Source: Nitrosopumilaceae archaeon (lineage in GTDB: Archaea; Thermoproteota; Nitrososphaeria; Nitrososphaerales; Nitrosopumilaceae). Taken from it: DNA of 64,000 bases. Made by a program: the position numbers and the translations under genes. The notes under the pieces were generated by a model, which was not told where the DNA came from, ran no database searches, and was given only the letters and a program-made list of their open reading frames with translations. The stretch covers positions 96,001-160,000 of the forward strand of contig CBDBMG010000002.1 of assembly GCA_965207375.1 (NCBI GenBank), written 5' to 3'. Numbering within the stretch: position 1 is the first letter of the stretch; each line of letters begins with the position of its first letter. Of this stretch, positions 42,673 through 56,540 are shown one piece after another.

Positions 42673-43452
42673 ATGGACGAACACGCCGAACAACCACGCT
42701 TGTCAGCAGTTTCTATCAAGCTCCCTGTTTTCTGGCCATCAGATCCACAACTATGGTTCGCTCAAGTGCAAGCACAATTCTCCACGCGTGGAATCACCAA
42801 TCAGAAAACAATGTTTGATCATGTGATAGCTTCGTTGTCACCAGAATTCGCGGCAGAAGTTCGTGATCTTATTCTCACGCCACCGGGAGAAACACCTTAC
42901 GATGTTCTTAAAGCACAGCTGATTAAGAGAACTGCAGCTTCCGAACAAAGACGTTTACAGCAGTTATTCAGTGCCGAAGAGTTAGGCGATCGTAAGCCCA
43001 CTCAGCTACTCCGCCGCCTGCAACAGCTGGTAGGCGATACTCCTGACGCCGATGGAGCTTTCCTTCGAGAACTATTTTTGCAACACTTACCAAACAACGT
43101 TAGAATGGTTCTAGCATCTACTCGTGGTGACACATCCATCGACGAGCTCGCACAATTAGCCGACAAAATAATCGAAGTCGCCATCCTGCAAGTAGCCAGC
43201 GTCTCTACTCAACCAAGCTCCTCTGACATAGAAAGTTTACATGCCGAGATCGTCTCCCTCAAGCAACAGCTTAAGACTCTGCAACATACTCCTCGCCGTG
43301 GTCGTTCGCCACACCGCCGTTCTACCAGCCCAGCTCCGCCTCCTCAGCAATTTTCCGATACAGTCTGCTGGTATCACAGGACTTTTGGCAACGCTGCTCG
43401 CAAGTGTACACCACCGTGTTCTCGCCAGGGAAACGAGACGGCCAGCCACTGA
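42673..43452 (+). CDS. gag: Gypsy Gag
   Basis: KLPVFWPSDPQLWFAQV, LGDRKPTQLLRR, CWYH..FG..A..C..PC knuckle; GGGAAAC slippery site at 43428-43434. Confidence 0.85.
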   Translation: MDEHAEQPRLSAVSIKLPVFWPSDPQLWFAQVQAQFSTRGITNQKTMFDHVIASLSPEFAAEVRDLILTPPGETPYDVLKAQLIKRTAASEQRRLQQLFSAEELGDRKPTQLLRRLQQLVGDTPDADGAFLRELFLQHLPNNVRMVLASTRGDTSIDELAQLADKIIEVAILQVASVSTQPSSSDIESLHAEIVSLKQQLKTLQHTPRRGRSPHRRSTSPAPPPQQFSDTVCWYHRTFGNAARKCTPPCSRQGNETASH

Positions 43453-46400
43453 TGGCGACCAGTGTCACTGGCCAACAACCTAGTCGCCTATTTTATGTTA
43501 CAGACTCTGTTACAGGCTTACGCTTCCTTGTGGATACAGGAGCAGAAATCAGTGTTATCCCACCCTCTGCTACTGGCCGCAAACACCATAAGGGTAGTCT
43601 TAGTCTACAGGCAGTTAATAGCACGCCAATAGCGACATATGGTACACAACTACTTACTTTAAACATTGGACTGCGTCGTAAGTTTCAATGGATTTTTATC
43701 ATTGCAGATGTCAAAAATCCAATACTCGGAGCTGACTTCTTGAGACATTACAGCCTTTTAGTTGACCTAAACCACAATAGACTGGTTGATGGACTCACTT
43801 AATTAAAAGTTCAAGGTATCTCAACGCTAGCTTACTCACCTAGTCCAACACTGTTGCCCAAGCAACCTACAACAGAATTTGATGCAATTCTATCTGCTTA
43901 TCCTGACATAGTTCAACCTTGCAACACCGACTCTCCTGTGAAACACCAAGTCACACATCACATCAACACAGTGGGACCACCGGTGTATTCCCGTCCTCGC
44001 AGACTGTCACCTGAACGTTTGAAAGCTGCACGTCAGGAATTTGACCATATGCTACAGCTAGGCATCATCGTCCCTCAGCTAGCAGTTGGGCCTCACCACT
44101 ACACATGGTTCCCAAGAAGTCTGGTGATTGGCATCCATGCGGAGATTACAGAGCTCTCAACCACATCACAGTGCCAGACCGTTACCCAGTTCCACATATA
44201 CAAGACTTCACTACTACATTACAAGGCTGTACAATCTTTTCCAAGATCGATTTAGTGAGAGCTTACCACCAGATCCCAGTCGAACCAACTTCTATCCCAA
44301 AAACTGCTATCACTACCCCTTTTGGGTTATTTGAATTTGTCCGTATGCCATTCGGCTTAAGAAATGCTGCCCAGACATTTCAGAGATTCATTGACGAAGT
44401 TTTACGTGACTTACACTTCTCTTACGCTTACATTGACGATGTACTGATTGCAAGTTCCAACCCACAGGAACACAAGCAACATCTGAAACAAGTTTTTGAC
44501 CGTTTCAAACAATTTGGTGTAATTGTCAATCCTACCAAGTGTCAATTTGGTGTAAGTGAGCTAACATTTCTAGGCCATTCTCTTAACAGTCAAGGCATAC
44601 GTCCATTATAAGACAAAATCAAAGTTATACAAGAGTTTCCACAACCTCCCACACGACGCAAGTTGCGCGAGTTCTTAGGACTTGTCAACTTTTACTATCG
44701 TTTCATTCCTCACTGTGCTGACATCCTACAACCGCTTCATACTTTACTAGCATCTGCGCACAACAACCACAACATCTTACAGTGGAATGAAGAATCCGTA
44801 CAAGCTTTTTCAAAGATCACACAAGCCATTGCTGATGTTTCCCTCCTTTCTCACCCCTATACTGACGTACCTACAAACATCATGACAGATGCTTCAGACA
44901 CAGCAGCGGGAGCAGTACTATAGCAACACATCAACAATGAATGGCGACCCATTGGTCAAAGAAACTAAAGCCAGCAGAGACGAGGTACAGTACTTTTGAT
45001 CGTGAACTGTTAGCAATATACTTAGCAATTAAGCATTTTCAACATTTTGTCGAAGGTCGTCAATTTCATGTGATAACAGACCATAAGCCACTGACATTTG
45101 CATTTACTACCCAGTCAAGTAAACTGACACCACGCCAGATCCGTCATCTCGATTTTATCTCACAGTTTACTACGGATGTCCGGCACATCAAAGGCAGTGA
45201 CAATGCTGTAGCAGATGCATTGTTTCGCATTGAAGCCAATGCTTTACATTTTGATTCTGCAGATGCTGTAGTTCCTCCGACCGTTGACTTCAAAGACATT
45301 GCTGCTGCTCAACAACATGACACTGAACTTCAACAATTGCAATCATCCTCTACATCATTACAATTACAATCTGTTCCATTACCAACATCAAACATTACTT
45401 TAGTGTGTGATATGTCTACTGGTGTTCCAAGACCATACATACCAAGTGAGTTACGTCGTACTGTTTTTGATGCATTACACTCACTGTCACATCCTGGTGT
45501 TCGGGCAACACAACGCCTTATAACAGCACGTTACGTTTGGCCCAAAATTAAGAGTGACACACGTAAGTGGGCACAAACCTGTTTGAAATGTCAACAATCT
45601 AAAGTACACAAACACACCGTGACACCTCGTGGCACATTCACAACACCAGATGCTAGGTTTGACAACATACATATTGACATTGTCGGTCCACTGTCACCTT
45701 CCAATGGATATATGTATATTCTGACTTGTATTGACCGTTTCACACGTTGGCCTGAAGCAATCCCTATCAGAGATATGACAGCAGAGACAGTAGCCCAAGC
45801 TTTCCTTAGTGGCTGGATTGCTAGATTTGGTATACCATCTACAATAACCACAGACCGTGGTAGGCAATTTGAGTCTACACTTTGGCAAGAACTAATGAAG
45901 TTACTTGGATCCAAACGTATTCGGACCACATCTTATCATCCCATCGCCAATGGTATAATAGAATGTTTTCATCGCCAACTCAAGGCTTCCCTCGAGTGTA
46001 GCTCCAACTCGATCAAGTGGACAGACTCCTTACCCGTTAGTACTCTTGGGTATTCGTACCGCTGTAAAAGATGACATCCAATGTACTACAGCAGAACTTG
46101 TTTATGGCACTACATACGTTTACCTGCAGAATTTTTCGATACTACTACCACCCCCCCCCCCCACTGACGATCCAACCAAGTATGTTACCAGACTTAAGGT
46201 TACCATGAATCAGCTGAAGCCGCCACCAGTTCGTCAACAGCTCCAGCACAAGTCACATGTGAGTAATGCACTGTCACACTGTACGCATGTTTTTATTAGA
46301 AATGACAAAGTGAGAAAGCCATTGCAACCACCATATGATGGCCGATTCAAGGTGCTTCATCGTGATAACAAGCATTTTACATTACAACTGAAAAATCGCA

Positions 46401-46573
46401 CCGATGTTGTTTCTCTTGATCGTTTCAAGCCAGCTCATATAGACAATTCCACACCGCTACCTGATCAGTCTACAACTCCTCACTCAACAGCTTCCCCAGT
46501 ACCTGCTACATCCACACCAAGCCGAGTTACTCGTTCAGGTCGTCATGTCCGTTGGCCAAGACATCTTACATAA
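43404..46573 (+). pseudogene. pol: Gypsy Pol (protease, RT, RNase H, integrase) with stops and frameshifts
   Basis: LVDTGA, DYRALN, YHQIP, AYIDD, TDAS, HIDIVGP, TTDRG, PPYDG; split over several ORFs. Confidence 0.92.
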
Positions 46574-46832
46574 CACCTTCACTGGGGGGGAGTATTGTAG
46601 TGGAACACTCATGAATAACATTATACACCACACTTACTCTCTTGCATCATGCATTATATATAATTTAGTTAACTATACACAATAACTGTAACAGATGTTT
46701 CATTGTTCTGTATGGTCTTGTATTGTTGTCTTTGTATCATACAATCAGTTGAACGTTAAATCCCTCAACAAACTTTTCCCAAAAATTATTAGCACTAAAT
46801 AGTTGCAGAGCTGTAAAACTGGTAATCATAAT

Positions 46833-47270
46833 CAGGGTTTCTTTCAGGATTTTGCCCAAGGGGGGGCAAAATGACGTATTATAGCATGGTGGGGGGGGCA
46901 AAGACCTAAGTGTACCAGGTGTTGATTTACAATGCACATGTCATGTTTTCAATACAGGTATCCTCACTGTGCCATACAGGCATCATTTACACCTGTATTG
47001 ACCTGTTGTATATTGTACTTTACACCTGTATTGCCATTTACACCTGTATTGTACAAAACAGGTGTCAATTTATACCTGTATTGTACACTAACAATTAGAT
47101 TACATCTAGGCAGTAGTACATAAAGGCATGCACAAACAAACGTTTCATTCAATCTTTCATTCAAGGGGGGGCAAGCCAGAGCCAAGGGGGGCAAGCCAGA
47201 GCCAAGGGGGGCAAGCCAGAGCCAAGGGGGGGCCAATGCTCCCCCCTGCCCCCCCTTGAAAGAAACCCTG
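46833..47270. mobile_element. CAGGG-ended MITE with 5-bp TSD (hAT5-like)
   Basis: TIR CAGGGTTTCTTTCA / TGAAAGAAACCCTG; ATAAT duplicated; internal ~20-bp G-rich tandem repeat. Confidence 0.8.
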
Positions 47271-48059
47271 ATAATATACAACTACAGCATCAGTCATAAA
47301 ATACTGTATGTATAAGTAAGTATATAGTTTTGACGTGATACATTGATATATCACGATATTCAATATATCAATACGACCTAAATGTGTATCGATACAGTAT
47401 CACTGCTTATAAGTTATCACGATATGGCAATATATTGTTACATCTCTAGTACACTATAAAATCTAGTCAAAAATTTTTTCCACATTCAGTCATGCCTGAG
47501 GGTACAGAGGACTAAGTAAACATGTGTAGGTGACTAAGTGCTGCAAATTTGCTATATCATAGTCTAAAATCAGATGGATATAAGTTGCTGTGAAGGTTAA
47601 AAGTTGTCAATCAATGCACAAAAAATTATCCACAAAGTTGCTAACTTCACGATTACGGAATAAATTATGCTGGTAAATATCTAGTGTTACATTACACGGC
47701 ACTACAGTAGTGTTATAGTGAATACAACTGAGAAAATCAGGCATATCCACAAGATATAACAAATCATAAACATATGCATTTTCAGAACGTCTTTCAGAAC
47801 TTTTTCATGTAGAAGTTTATACCAAGACCTCACACAATGTACAAATACGTACTATGTATACAGAAATACAGTAATCTACCATAAACTCTTGTATATTTAC
47901 GTACACTTTATACATTGCATGGCTGGAAAGCTTGGCAGATAAAAAAGGTGGGCAAATATAATGTTAGCGTTTTGATTGGTTTAGATTGGCCAATCACACT
48001 TGACTAGCCAAATTCATCAAACCTTTTGTCCACCAAACTTTCCCGCTATACAGTACCAC

Positions 48060-48236
48060 ATGTACACACGCACGCACGCACACACACACACATGCATGCA
48101 CACACATGCACATATGCACGCACGCATGCACACACATGCACATACGCACGCACGCATGCACACACATGCACATACGCACGCACGCATGCACACACATGCA
48201 CATACGCACGCACGCACGCATGCACACACACACACA
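48060..48236. repeat. Compound CA/CACG/CATG minisatellite
   Basis: Seen directly. Confidence 0.85.
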
Positions 48237-48980
48237 AAATTACTCACTTTCCTCTGATGATGTTCTCTTGAAATAATTCTCACTATATTGGCTATGTTGG
48301 ACACATTAACCTTTCCCAAGCTATGCATTGGTATGGCTCACTGCAGAACAGGGGGTGGAGCTAAAATAACATAACGGTACTGTAGTAGTATGTTAAGTTA
48401 CTGCATACACCTGTGCTAGGCCATGTACTATATAACCTTTTATTACATCATGTATCATGTGATTAGATACCATATAATATCCGGTTGTATGATTGATTGC
48501 ATTACTTTGTATTAGTCTGTCTATTATTGTTATTGTGATTGTATCGAATCCTTGACGACCGCGACAGGTATCACATGATCCATATCCTACCTGTGCTTGT
48601 CTGTAATTTGTTGTTGCATCATCCTTAGCCTGGCAGGTGAATATATGCTCCTCCTAGCAGTGAGGTAAAGCGGTATGCTGTATGTAGTTGCTTTATAGTG
48701 ACTAATTTTTGTAAGTTTATCTGTTGCAAATTTTAAAATCAAATATTATGTGAAATCAGATGATAGTAGTTCATAAGTCTAGTTCTTCATACACAGACAT
48801 ACGTAACTAGCAAACCTGAATAATCACTATACCGTATATACATAGTTGTATGGTTTTCGAGGTACTTAAAGGGGCTGTGCGCTGTTTACGAAGCCGTTTA
48901 AGTTTTTTCGGTGCACGTGATTTATTTGGGCCCCAACAAAATCACGTGATGGTATAATTACGGCGCGTGAAACGTGAAGT

Positions 48981-51900
48981 ATGCCGCGTGGACGTCCAGC
49001 GAAAGGAAGGGAGAAGTATGTTCGCATCAAGTTAAAGTTGAACACACACTTATCTTGGACTACAAAGAAGACATCGCTAGGAATAAGGAGCGACGATACC
49101 TTAGCATGCTATTTTCTAGAAAATTATATTCCTGACGAAAGTTTTAATGGTGGCAGCCAGGATGTTGAGCCGTCCATCCTTTCAAGTTCGGTTCGTTCAC
49201 CTGAGGGCGATATTTTGTTTTCAACGCCTATAAGAGAAGTCACCATGCCACTGCAACGAAGATCGTTACAGGCTCTGGACGTCTCGTCTTTAACTCAGAT
49301 TTCCTGTGTTAAAAGGTTCATCTGATACACAAATACTGATTCCTTTTATTAAGTGATGGAAATTAGTCCTCTAGCAAACTATAACACACTTGGTACTGAT
49401 CAAGAGGAAACGCTGAGTGCTGTTGGCACAAGCATATGTGTGAGGGAAAGGTAAGTGAAATGCATAAATATGGTTGTATACATATTTTATCGATAGTGAG
49501 GAAGAGACATTGAGTGCTTTAATGGACACTAGTACTAATAATGCTGAGGAACAGTAAGTAACAAGTGTACGTTACCTGTTATTTATTTATAGCCAGCAGG
49601 TATACTGCAGTGGATAATAACACTTGCAACACTTCCAGTGACTCCGAAGATGAAAGGTTGGTGTAATAATGCAGCAGTCATTGCATGCCCTATTTGAAAC
49701 ATTCTCATACAGTAAACAGTCATAATACAACTTTATTATATTTATAAGTATGTTTCTAGATTATGTGACATTACTGACATTATGAATGAAACGGACAGGT
49801 AAATGTTTGCTGTTCTACATGGAAATGTCCAGATTGGCTGTGTATATATGTTTCAGGGAATCACACAGTGATTATGATGACAATAACGATGATGTTGCTG
49901 AGACTGCTGATAGTTCCAGTGATGAAGAATCAGAAGGGTATGTTGTGCAAAATATAAAAGCCTTGTTTGAATAGCTTATCTGACACGATCTATAGTGAAA
50001 ATCACTCTTCAGATCAACTACCTATGCATGTATCTCTTGCAGTAGGTGCAAGTTTGGAAAGCCCAGAATCTACTTTGAAACACTGTCGTTTTGTGTGTTC
50101 AGTTCACAAACTGCTTGAACTGATTGGTACCAACTGTCATACTAAAGGCTGTGATAAAAAATGTCACATAACTTATACATATTGTGGTTCTTGTATGGTG
50201 ATGAAGGGAATGTGTGGTGATGGCCATGCGTTCACTTGGACATCCTCGGATACTTTAGCTAACAAAGCTGGCTGTAACTTGTTTACTGATAACCTGGACA
50301 TTGCATCCGCTGTGCTATTATCAGGAAATAATTTTGCAAAAATATCATTGTTCTTCCAATTTCTTAACATCCCCATTGTTTCGAAAACAACATTTCACTC
50401 ATACCAGCGTCACTACATTTGTACGGGTATCGATAAATTCTATCAAACAGAACATGTTAGTTCATGTTGTGTGTTGTTGTGTTCAACATACATCATATTT
50501 TAAATTAGGTAAAACTTCTGGAGAAGTATCAGGGCAAGGGAGTTGTACTGGCTGGAGATGGAAGATGTGACTCTCCTGGTTCCAGTGCAAAATTTTGCTC
50601 GTATTCACTGCTTGACATCGACTCAAACAAAATTTTACATGTGGAAAATGTAGACAAGCGTGAAGTCTCCCTGCAGTCACCAAACATGGAAAGGGAGGCT
50701 GTTAGTCGAGCAATTGGGTATCTTAAAGGAAAGAACATAACAATTGAAGAGATAGTTACAGATGCATCATCTGCTGTGAGGAAAATGCTTCGTAAGTTCC
50801 ACATGTGAAGGATTCACATATACATACACTACTACACTTGTATGTTCACATTTCATTTAGATGTAAAACATTCCAATATCCACCACTCAATGGATATATG
50901 GCATAAGGCCAAAAAACTGAGGAAGGCTTTAAATGAAGTGAGTTTATTTGTACTTGCGTACACTGTATATATACCTGGGGTACATGTGGGCATATCACTA
51001 TATAGGCAGGAAAAACTAAGAACATGGAAAAGTTGGTACAATGGAGTGGCAACATTGTCAACCACTTCTGGTACAGTTGCAGAACATGTGACAATGATTT
51101 GAACAAGTTCAAGGTAAGATATTTGAATGCACTTACATTCTAGGCTTATTTACTAACCCTTTTATTAGGACAAATGGTTTGGTATCCTTCATCATGTGTT
51201 GAATGAACATCAGTGGCTAACAGGAACACAAGGTTGTGACTATGGTGAACTCCAGGGACCCCCACGTAACACTCAGGGGGCTAAAATACAATATTTTAGT
51301 AGAAGTGAACCTGCGTTTCGTGCTTTACGCAAGCTGCTAACTGACAAAAGATGGCTCAAGTCGATGAAATATTACACTAAGTTTAGGTTAATCACTCTAA
51401 AGTTTGATAATAGTCTATTATTTTCACTTACTTACAGGCACACCGGTGTTTTGGAATCTTTTCATAGTCACCTCCTTGGCTACTGCTCCAAAAGAATTGC
51501 ATTTCAGTAAGTATGGTCACATTTCACCTAAAGCTGTTTTGGTGATTTTTGTAAGTGAGCTTTACATCACAATATTCAAATCACCAACCTTTCATCAAAG
51601 GATAAATCTTATTATAGAAATATGCATAGAATCCTAGCCTGACATTTTACTATCCACACATTTGATGTTATTTTTTGTGTAGGAACCAAGCATACATTTC
51701 ACGTATCCAGCTAGCCATACTGGATCATAACCATCACAGCAATAGGGAAACCAAAAAAAAACTAAATGGAGAAGTTATGTACCAGCGAAAATATAGGAAA
51801 CAAACTAAAAGATGGGATGTGACTCCGACATTAGTCTCAAAAGAGTACAGCTACATTCCCAAACTAATGGATGTCATTTCTAGAGAACGTGCTAATTCTG

Positions 51901-52034
51901 ATGTGAATTTAAAACACAAACAGCTAGAGCCATTACACCATCCATGCAACATACAGAAAACGATTGGGCACAGGCCACCAGAAAATACAGCAGAACTAGT
52001 TGCCAGCAAACTTTCCCGTTTTTCATCATCATAG
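48981..52034 (+). CDS. Multi-exon Kolobok DDE transposase
   Basis: N-terminal RGRP AT-hook; LAGDGRCDSPGSSAKF, IVTDAS, HSMDIWHKAK, IVNHFWY, HTGVLESFHS, AILDHN; many short GT-AG introns. Confidence 0.8.
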
Positions 52035-52226
52035 TTGTGTGTACCTTTATGAGTAATTTAAATAAGCAAAGCATGAAACACATGTCTGCACAGGATACAA
52101 TTGGTTCTGACATTTGCCCAACATTAGTACAGCAAAACTGCTCAGATGTTTGGGTAAGCCAGCCATTTCGAAGTATATAGAAAATTTTGGTAGTATAACT
52201 TTTTTTGTGCCTCAGTTTATTCATGT

Positions 52227-53059
52227 TCAATTTTCCTTGAAACCTAAATAGTTGTTATCAGGAGCTGGATACTTGGTGCGAACAGCCCACACTACACAAG
52301 ATGGTGCAACCTTGCGGTTTCGTCTACCAAGGTATCCACACCTCCAGAGAGTCCACTGACGATATGCTGCCTTGCGATAGTCACTTGGACCATATTCTGG
52401 ATCATCACTATAAACATCTGAACGGTGAACTATTGCTACTGAGAGCACCTCTCGGTTTGTGACTATCGTTTCAAAACTTTCTGTTGTTGTTATGCATGGT
52501 CGAGATCGGCAACACACATTCTCTTCAGGAATAGGCATAGCTCTGCATTTTCCACATGTACACCATGGTAGGTTTCCTGGAGATTCAGGATTTTCGCTTG
52601 ATCCATCATTACTCAGAAGAGCTTTGGCTAGAGATATTCCCCCTGCATGGCCATATGCTTCCACTATCAATTTCTGGCACTGATCAGTATTTAAGGTTGA
52701 AACAAAGGCCTGAAAAGTTAATAATGTATAACCATACACTATAATCTATGGTATAACAAAGAATAAGCAAACAAATTTAAAACTTACTTGTAACTCCTCC
52801 ACCCTAGATATACTTGCACCGCCGGTCGTCGATGTCGAGGTCGATGTACATGCAGTGGTGTGTGGCTATAAATAGAAAATACGGATCGACACATTCGCTG
52901 TATAAGCCATCTATTTACCTTATTCTTACAAGGATTTCGTCTTGACCCGCAAGTGCACTTATTATTGCAATGTAGATCGGCAGATTTACAGGGACACTTG
53001 CCTCTTCGCTGGCAAATAGACTTGCACTTACAAAATATCACTTCCGTTTCCTATTACAT
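52227..53059 (-). CDS. Kolobok accessory protein KolX: CXC cysteine cluster + P2X7-ballast/Nanor-like domain
   Basis: Exons ~53059-52919, 52865-52788, 52709-52227; WCTCGKC...ENVCC...C...YRKAAYRQW...GYLGRRNR..PSCVV..VR.KYP...YLGF. Start codon uncertain (ATG at 53059 is followed by TAA TAG). Confidence 0.8.
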
Positions 53060-54688
53060 AGCGGTGCAACGTTGCAAAATAGATTAAGCTTAGCTGACTT
53101 ACACTTTCGGATACGTCAGATTCTACGTCTGATAAATCCGATGAACTCGCGCACAATTCAGACGCCATATTAGTGTGCATATATTTTACGGAGTTCGTGC
53201 ACCTTCTTACGTAATGCTATTACGTACATTTATGCATTTTGTTGATGTGATGTCATCAACTTAAACGGCTTCATAAACAGCGCACAGCCCCTTTAATACG
53301 TATCCATGAAATAATATCATTTTAGGATACCATCATGAATTTTCAGTGCTGTGATATCGTACGTAGTTGTATATATTTATTGAATTTATAAGGATTTATG
53401 ATATATTTGTATATTTAAGTATTTTAAATTCAAAATATGATATCATATTGATCAATACCACCAAGCCCCAGTAGCTAGGTTACATAAATTTTGATGATTT
53501 GGAGATTTTTATTACACCTGTTTGTAGATGCTGTTACAGTATTTACTTGGTTAAACACCGTACCTTTAATAGTCGCCATCCTCAAATAGTGGCCACTGGT
53601 TATTGAAGCACTAGATAATAAACACCACCCATGAATAAACACTGCGGCTTCTATTCAAATCAGTAGTCCAAAAGTATCCTGATTATCAAGTGTCCCAGGT
53701 CAGCTTATGTACTAAGCCTCAACTAAGTGTGTGGATTATGCAGGTGTCTCTCGTGTTCAAGTGTCCACATTAACAGATACCACCATATGTACATACATTC
53801 TTACCGTACCTGTTTTCATAAGGAGAGGATTATCTTCCTTCCTCTTCTTGGCTGGAGCAGGCTCGCTAGCTTTCTCTTCAGGATCTTTGGGTCTGGCCGA
53901 GTAACTAACTGGTCTGGTGGGCTTATCTCCATCCCTTCTCCTTCTAGGTCGCCGTCACGGAGGAGAAAATGATCGTGAGCGACTTCTTCGAGGCCTACGC
54001 TCTTCCCAAAATGGTGACTACATAACAAGCATACCACAAGTGCTAATACTAGTGAATTTGGAAGTTAGTGTTTTTGTAACATTGCAAAATGGAGGATATG
54101 AAACTCTATGGAAACTCTAAAATCTAGCATTTGAAAATAAATTCTAATTCTCTAATGCTACAAAAACAACATGAAGCGACTATAACATTTTAAAGATTTT
54201 GTAATTCAATAAATACGAGCTGAAATATCTTTCTTTAAAATCTTGAAATCTCTAGATTTTGTGAGTTGCGATTGAGATGGTTAAATCTGTAACTTACAAT
54301 ACATCAACTTACCCTCCTCCTGGACGCTGCAGTTTTATGACTGTCATCTTCTCTGTCTCTATAACTTTGGTATAAAATACACTACATCAATGGGTACTCC
54401 GTATAACTTCGTATTATGAATGGTTAATATCATTCAGACGACACGATATACAATTACCTTATGCGTTCTTCGTATGTTGCCTAATACAAAGAAATTGTCA
54501 ATAACATAAATTACTGATATCTATATCTGACCATAATATCCGTTCACGTATGAAATCTCTAACAGCACATTTATCACGATGGCATTATTTAGAATCAATT
54601 ATAATTGTGGGCGCCTGTTCGGAAATACAATTGCGCGCCAAATGGCGAGTTGGGTGTAGCATTTAAAGAACAGTAGCATCTGTTAAGA

Positions 54689-56152
54689 GTGGAGATCACA
54701 GTTATGTTAGACTGCACCTGGATACAGAGTGTCCAGCGATTCGTTTTTGTCGCGTGTTTATTCGCCATTGCTTGTGTTGCTGGATATTTCTACTCTATCT
54801 GTGGCCCGCCAATCAACAACATGCTGTTACTTCGCGCTTGCCAGATGCGCGTAATGCTATTGCGGGAGTTCTAAGTGGATTCATTTCTGTACAAGGCAAT
54901 GATACAGTAAACAATCCGTCTCCTATAGGAACAATTCCTGTCAGAATCAACATCAAATCATGGAGTGTTGTTGAATGTAAGCAATCTAGTTAAAGGAGTA
55001 AAGTATTTATCATACCAGCTACCAGGGATAACCAGAGAGTTGCACTGGAGAATGCTATAGTAATGGCAAAGTTACTCAACCGAACATTATTGCTACATCC
55101 CATGGCACCTCACGACAAAGGAGCATTATATAAAGCTGGTTCACAACCTGGGTATGTCGCTTACAACCACCTGACGCAATCAGACCTTATTCCTTTATCA
55201 ATTTTCCTTGACCTCAAGCAGCTGTCCCAGCTCATTCCGGTACAAGAAGTGGTCACATCTCATCATCAATTCTATCACGACTTTGGCCAGTTAAGTTGGA
55301 GGAATATTTGTCACAGTATGGGATTTGGTTACTGGATGGACCGGCGATCGACCACGGTAGAAGAGATCAGCATGTCAGCACTTTCATGCATCAAATGCCT
55401 GAAAGAAGAAATGCCCCAAGGAACAGCAGCAGGCAGAAGGTTCAACTGGTGCCATAGTGGAATATGTTAGTGATTATTTTAACGATCCCTCTGAGATGCT
55501 CTATTTTGAGCAAGGCACCTTGTTTGGGATTCATATAAGGTTTGTCCACCGTGATGATGTCATTGCTGCTCAGAAGTGGATACTGGATCATCTTCACTAT
55601 GGACCACGTGTACATTCTGTGGTTGATGGTATGGCTAAGAGACTTGGTGCTCAGTTTAACGCTATTCATGTTAGGAGGACGGATCATCCGGCGAGAAAAT
55701 TTCCTGTGGATTATTGGATCAGGTCTTTACAGAGCGTCAACTGTAGCACAGATGTACCATTATATGTTGCCACTGATGAGAAACGTAGGAGTTATTTTGA
55801 TCCATTTGAAGAACAAGGATACAAGTTGGTTTTTGCTGGTGACTTTCATGACTTGCTACAATTCCATGATGTTCCTCATGATGCCATTGAGGATGTTACT
55901 GGTGTGTATGAACAGCTGTTGTGTGAGAAGACCAATAAGTTTGTTCCATCTCCTGGATCTACATTCTCCATTCTGATATTGCGGAATCGGAATGAAATTG
56001 AGGTTGAAGATGGCTTACTTATAAATTCACTCCATACATTTTGGATTGGTCACCAAATGAAAGAAACAGACGACATAACTGACATCATGATCAAACAAGA
56101 TAACAGGTATAGCTATCACACGTGCATAAGTTGTCTACTTTGTGTACTATGA
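54689..56152 (+). pseudogene. GDP-fucose O-fucosyltransferase family (O-FucT) pseudogene, intronless
   Basis: N-terminal TM anchor; YLSYQ..NQRVALENAIVMAKLLNRTL, FNAIHVRRTD, LYVATDE, EQLLC...FVPSPGSTFS; several frameshifts and deletions. Confidence 0.8.
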
Positions 56153-56180
56153 CATTTTAACATTGACAAAATTAGAATAT

Positions 56181-56535
<355 letters not shown>

Positions 56536-56540
56536 TTGAT

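Larger units (their letters stand above)
42498..46770 (+). mobile_element. Full-length Ty3/Gypsy LTR retrotransposon, degenerate
   Basis: LTRs 42498-42642 and 46596-46770 (TG...CA); AACT TSD; PBS TGGTGACCCTGAC (tRNA-Trp-like); PPT before the 3' LTR; gag-PR-RT-RH-IN order. Confidence 0.95.
42384..47448. mobile_element. hAT MITE with 8-bp TSD, split by the Gypsy element and a hAT5-like MITE
   Basis: TIR TAGAGGTGTAA / TTACATCTCTA; GTACACTA at 42376-42383 and 47449-47456. Confidence 0.85.
48870..53292. mobile_element. Kolobok DNA transposon with two convergent genes
   Basis: 35-bp TIR AGGGGCTGTGCGCTGTTTA(C/T)GAAGCCGTTTAAGTT; TTAA on both flanks. Confidence 0.9.
48248..54381 (-). pseudogene. CWC22: Unprocessed partial pseudogene of pre-mRNA splicing factor CWC22
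   Basis: Exons ~54381-54313, 54017-53810 (RS-rich, PAPAKKRKEDNPLLMKT; in-frame TGA), 48653-48591 (GGAYI[P]PARLRMMQQQITDK; 1-nt deletion), 48340-48248 (YQ.IAWE, deletion, KVNVSNIANIVR..LFQENIIRG). Confidence 0.85.

Noticed and set aside
52227-52739. Host P2X7 receptor gene
   Set aside because: No channel domain; it lies inside Kolobok TIRs, convergent with the transposase
53816-54037. 73-aa ORF from the track
   Set aside because: Wrong frame; another frame carries the CWC22 similarity
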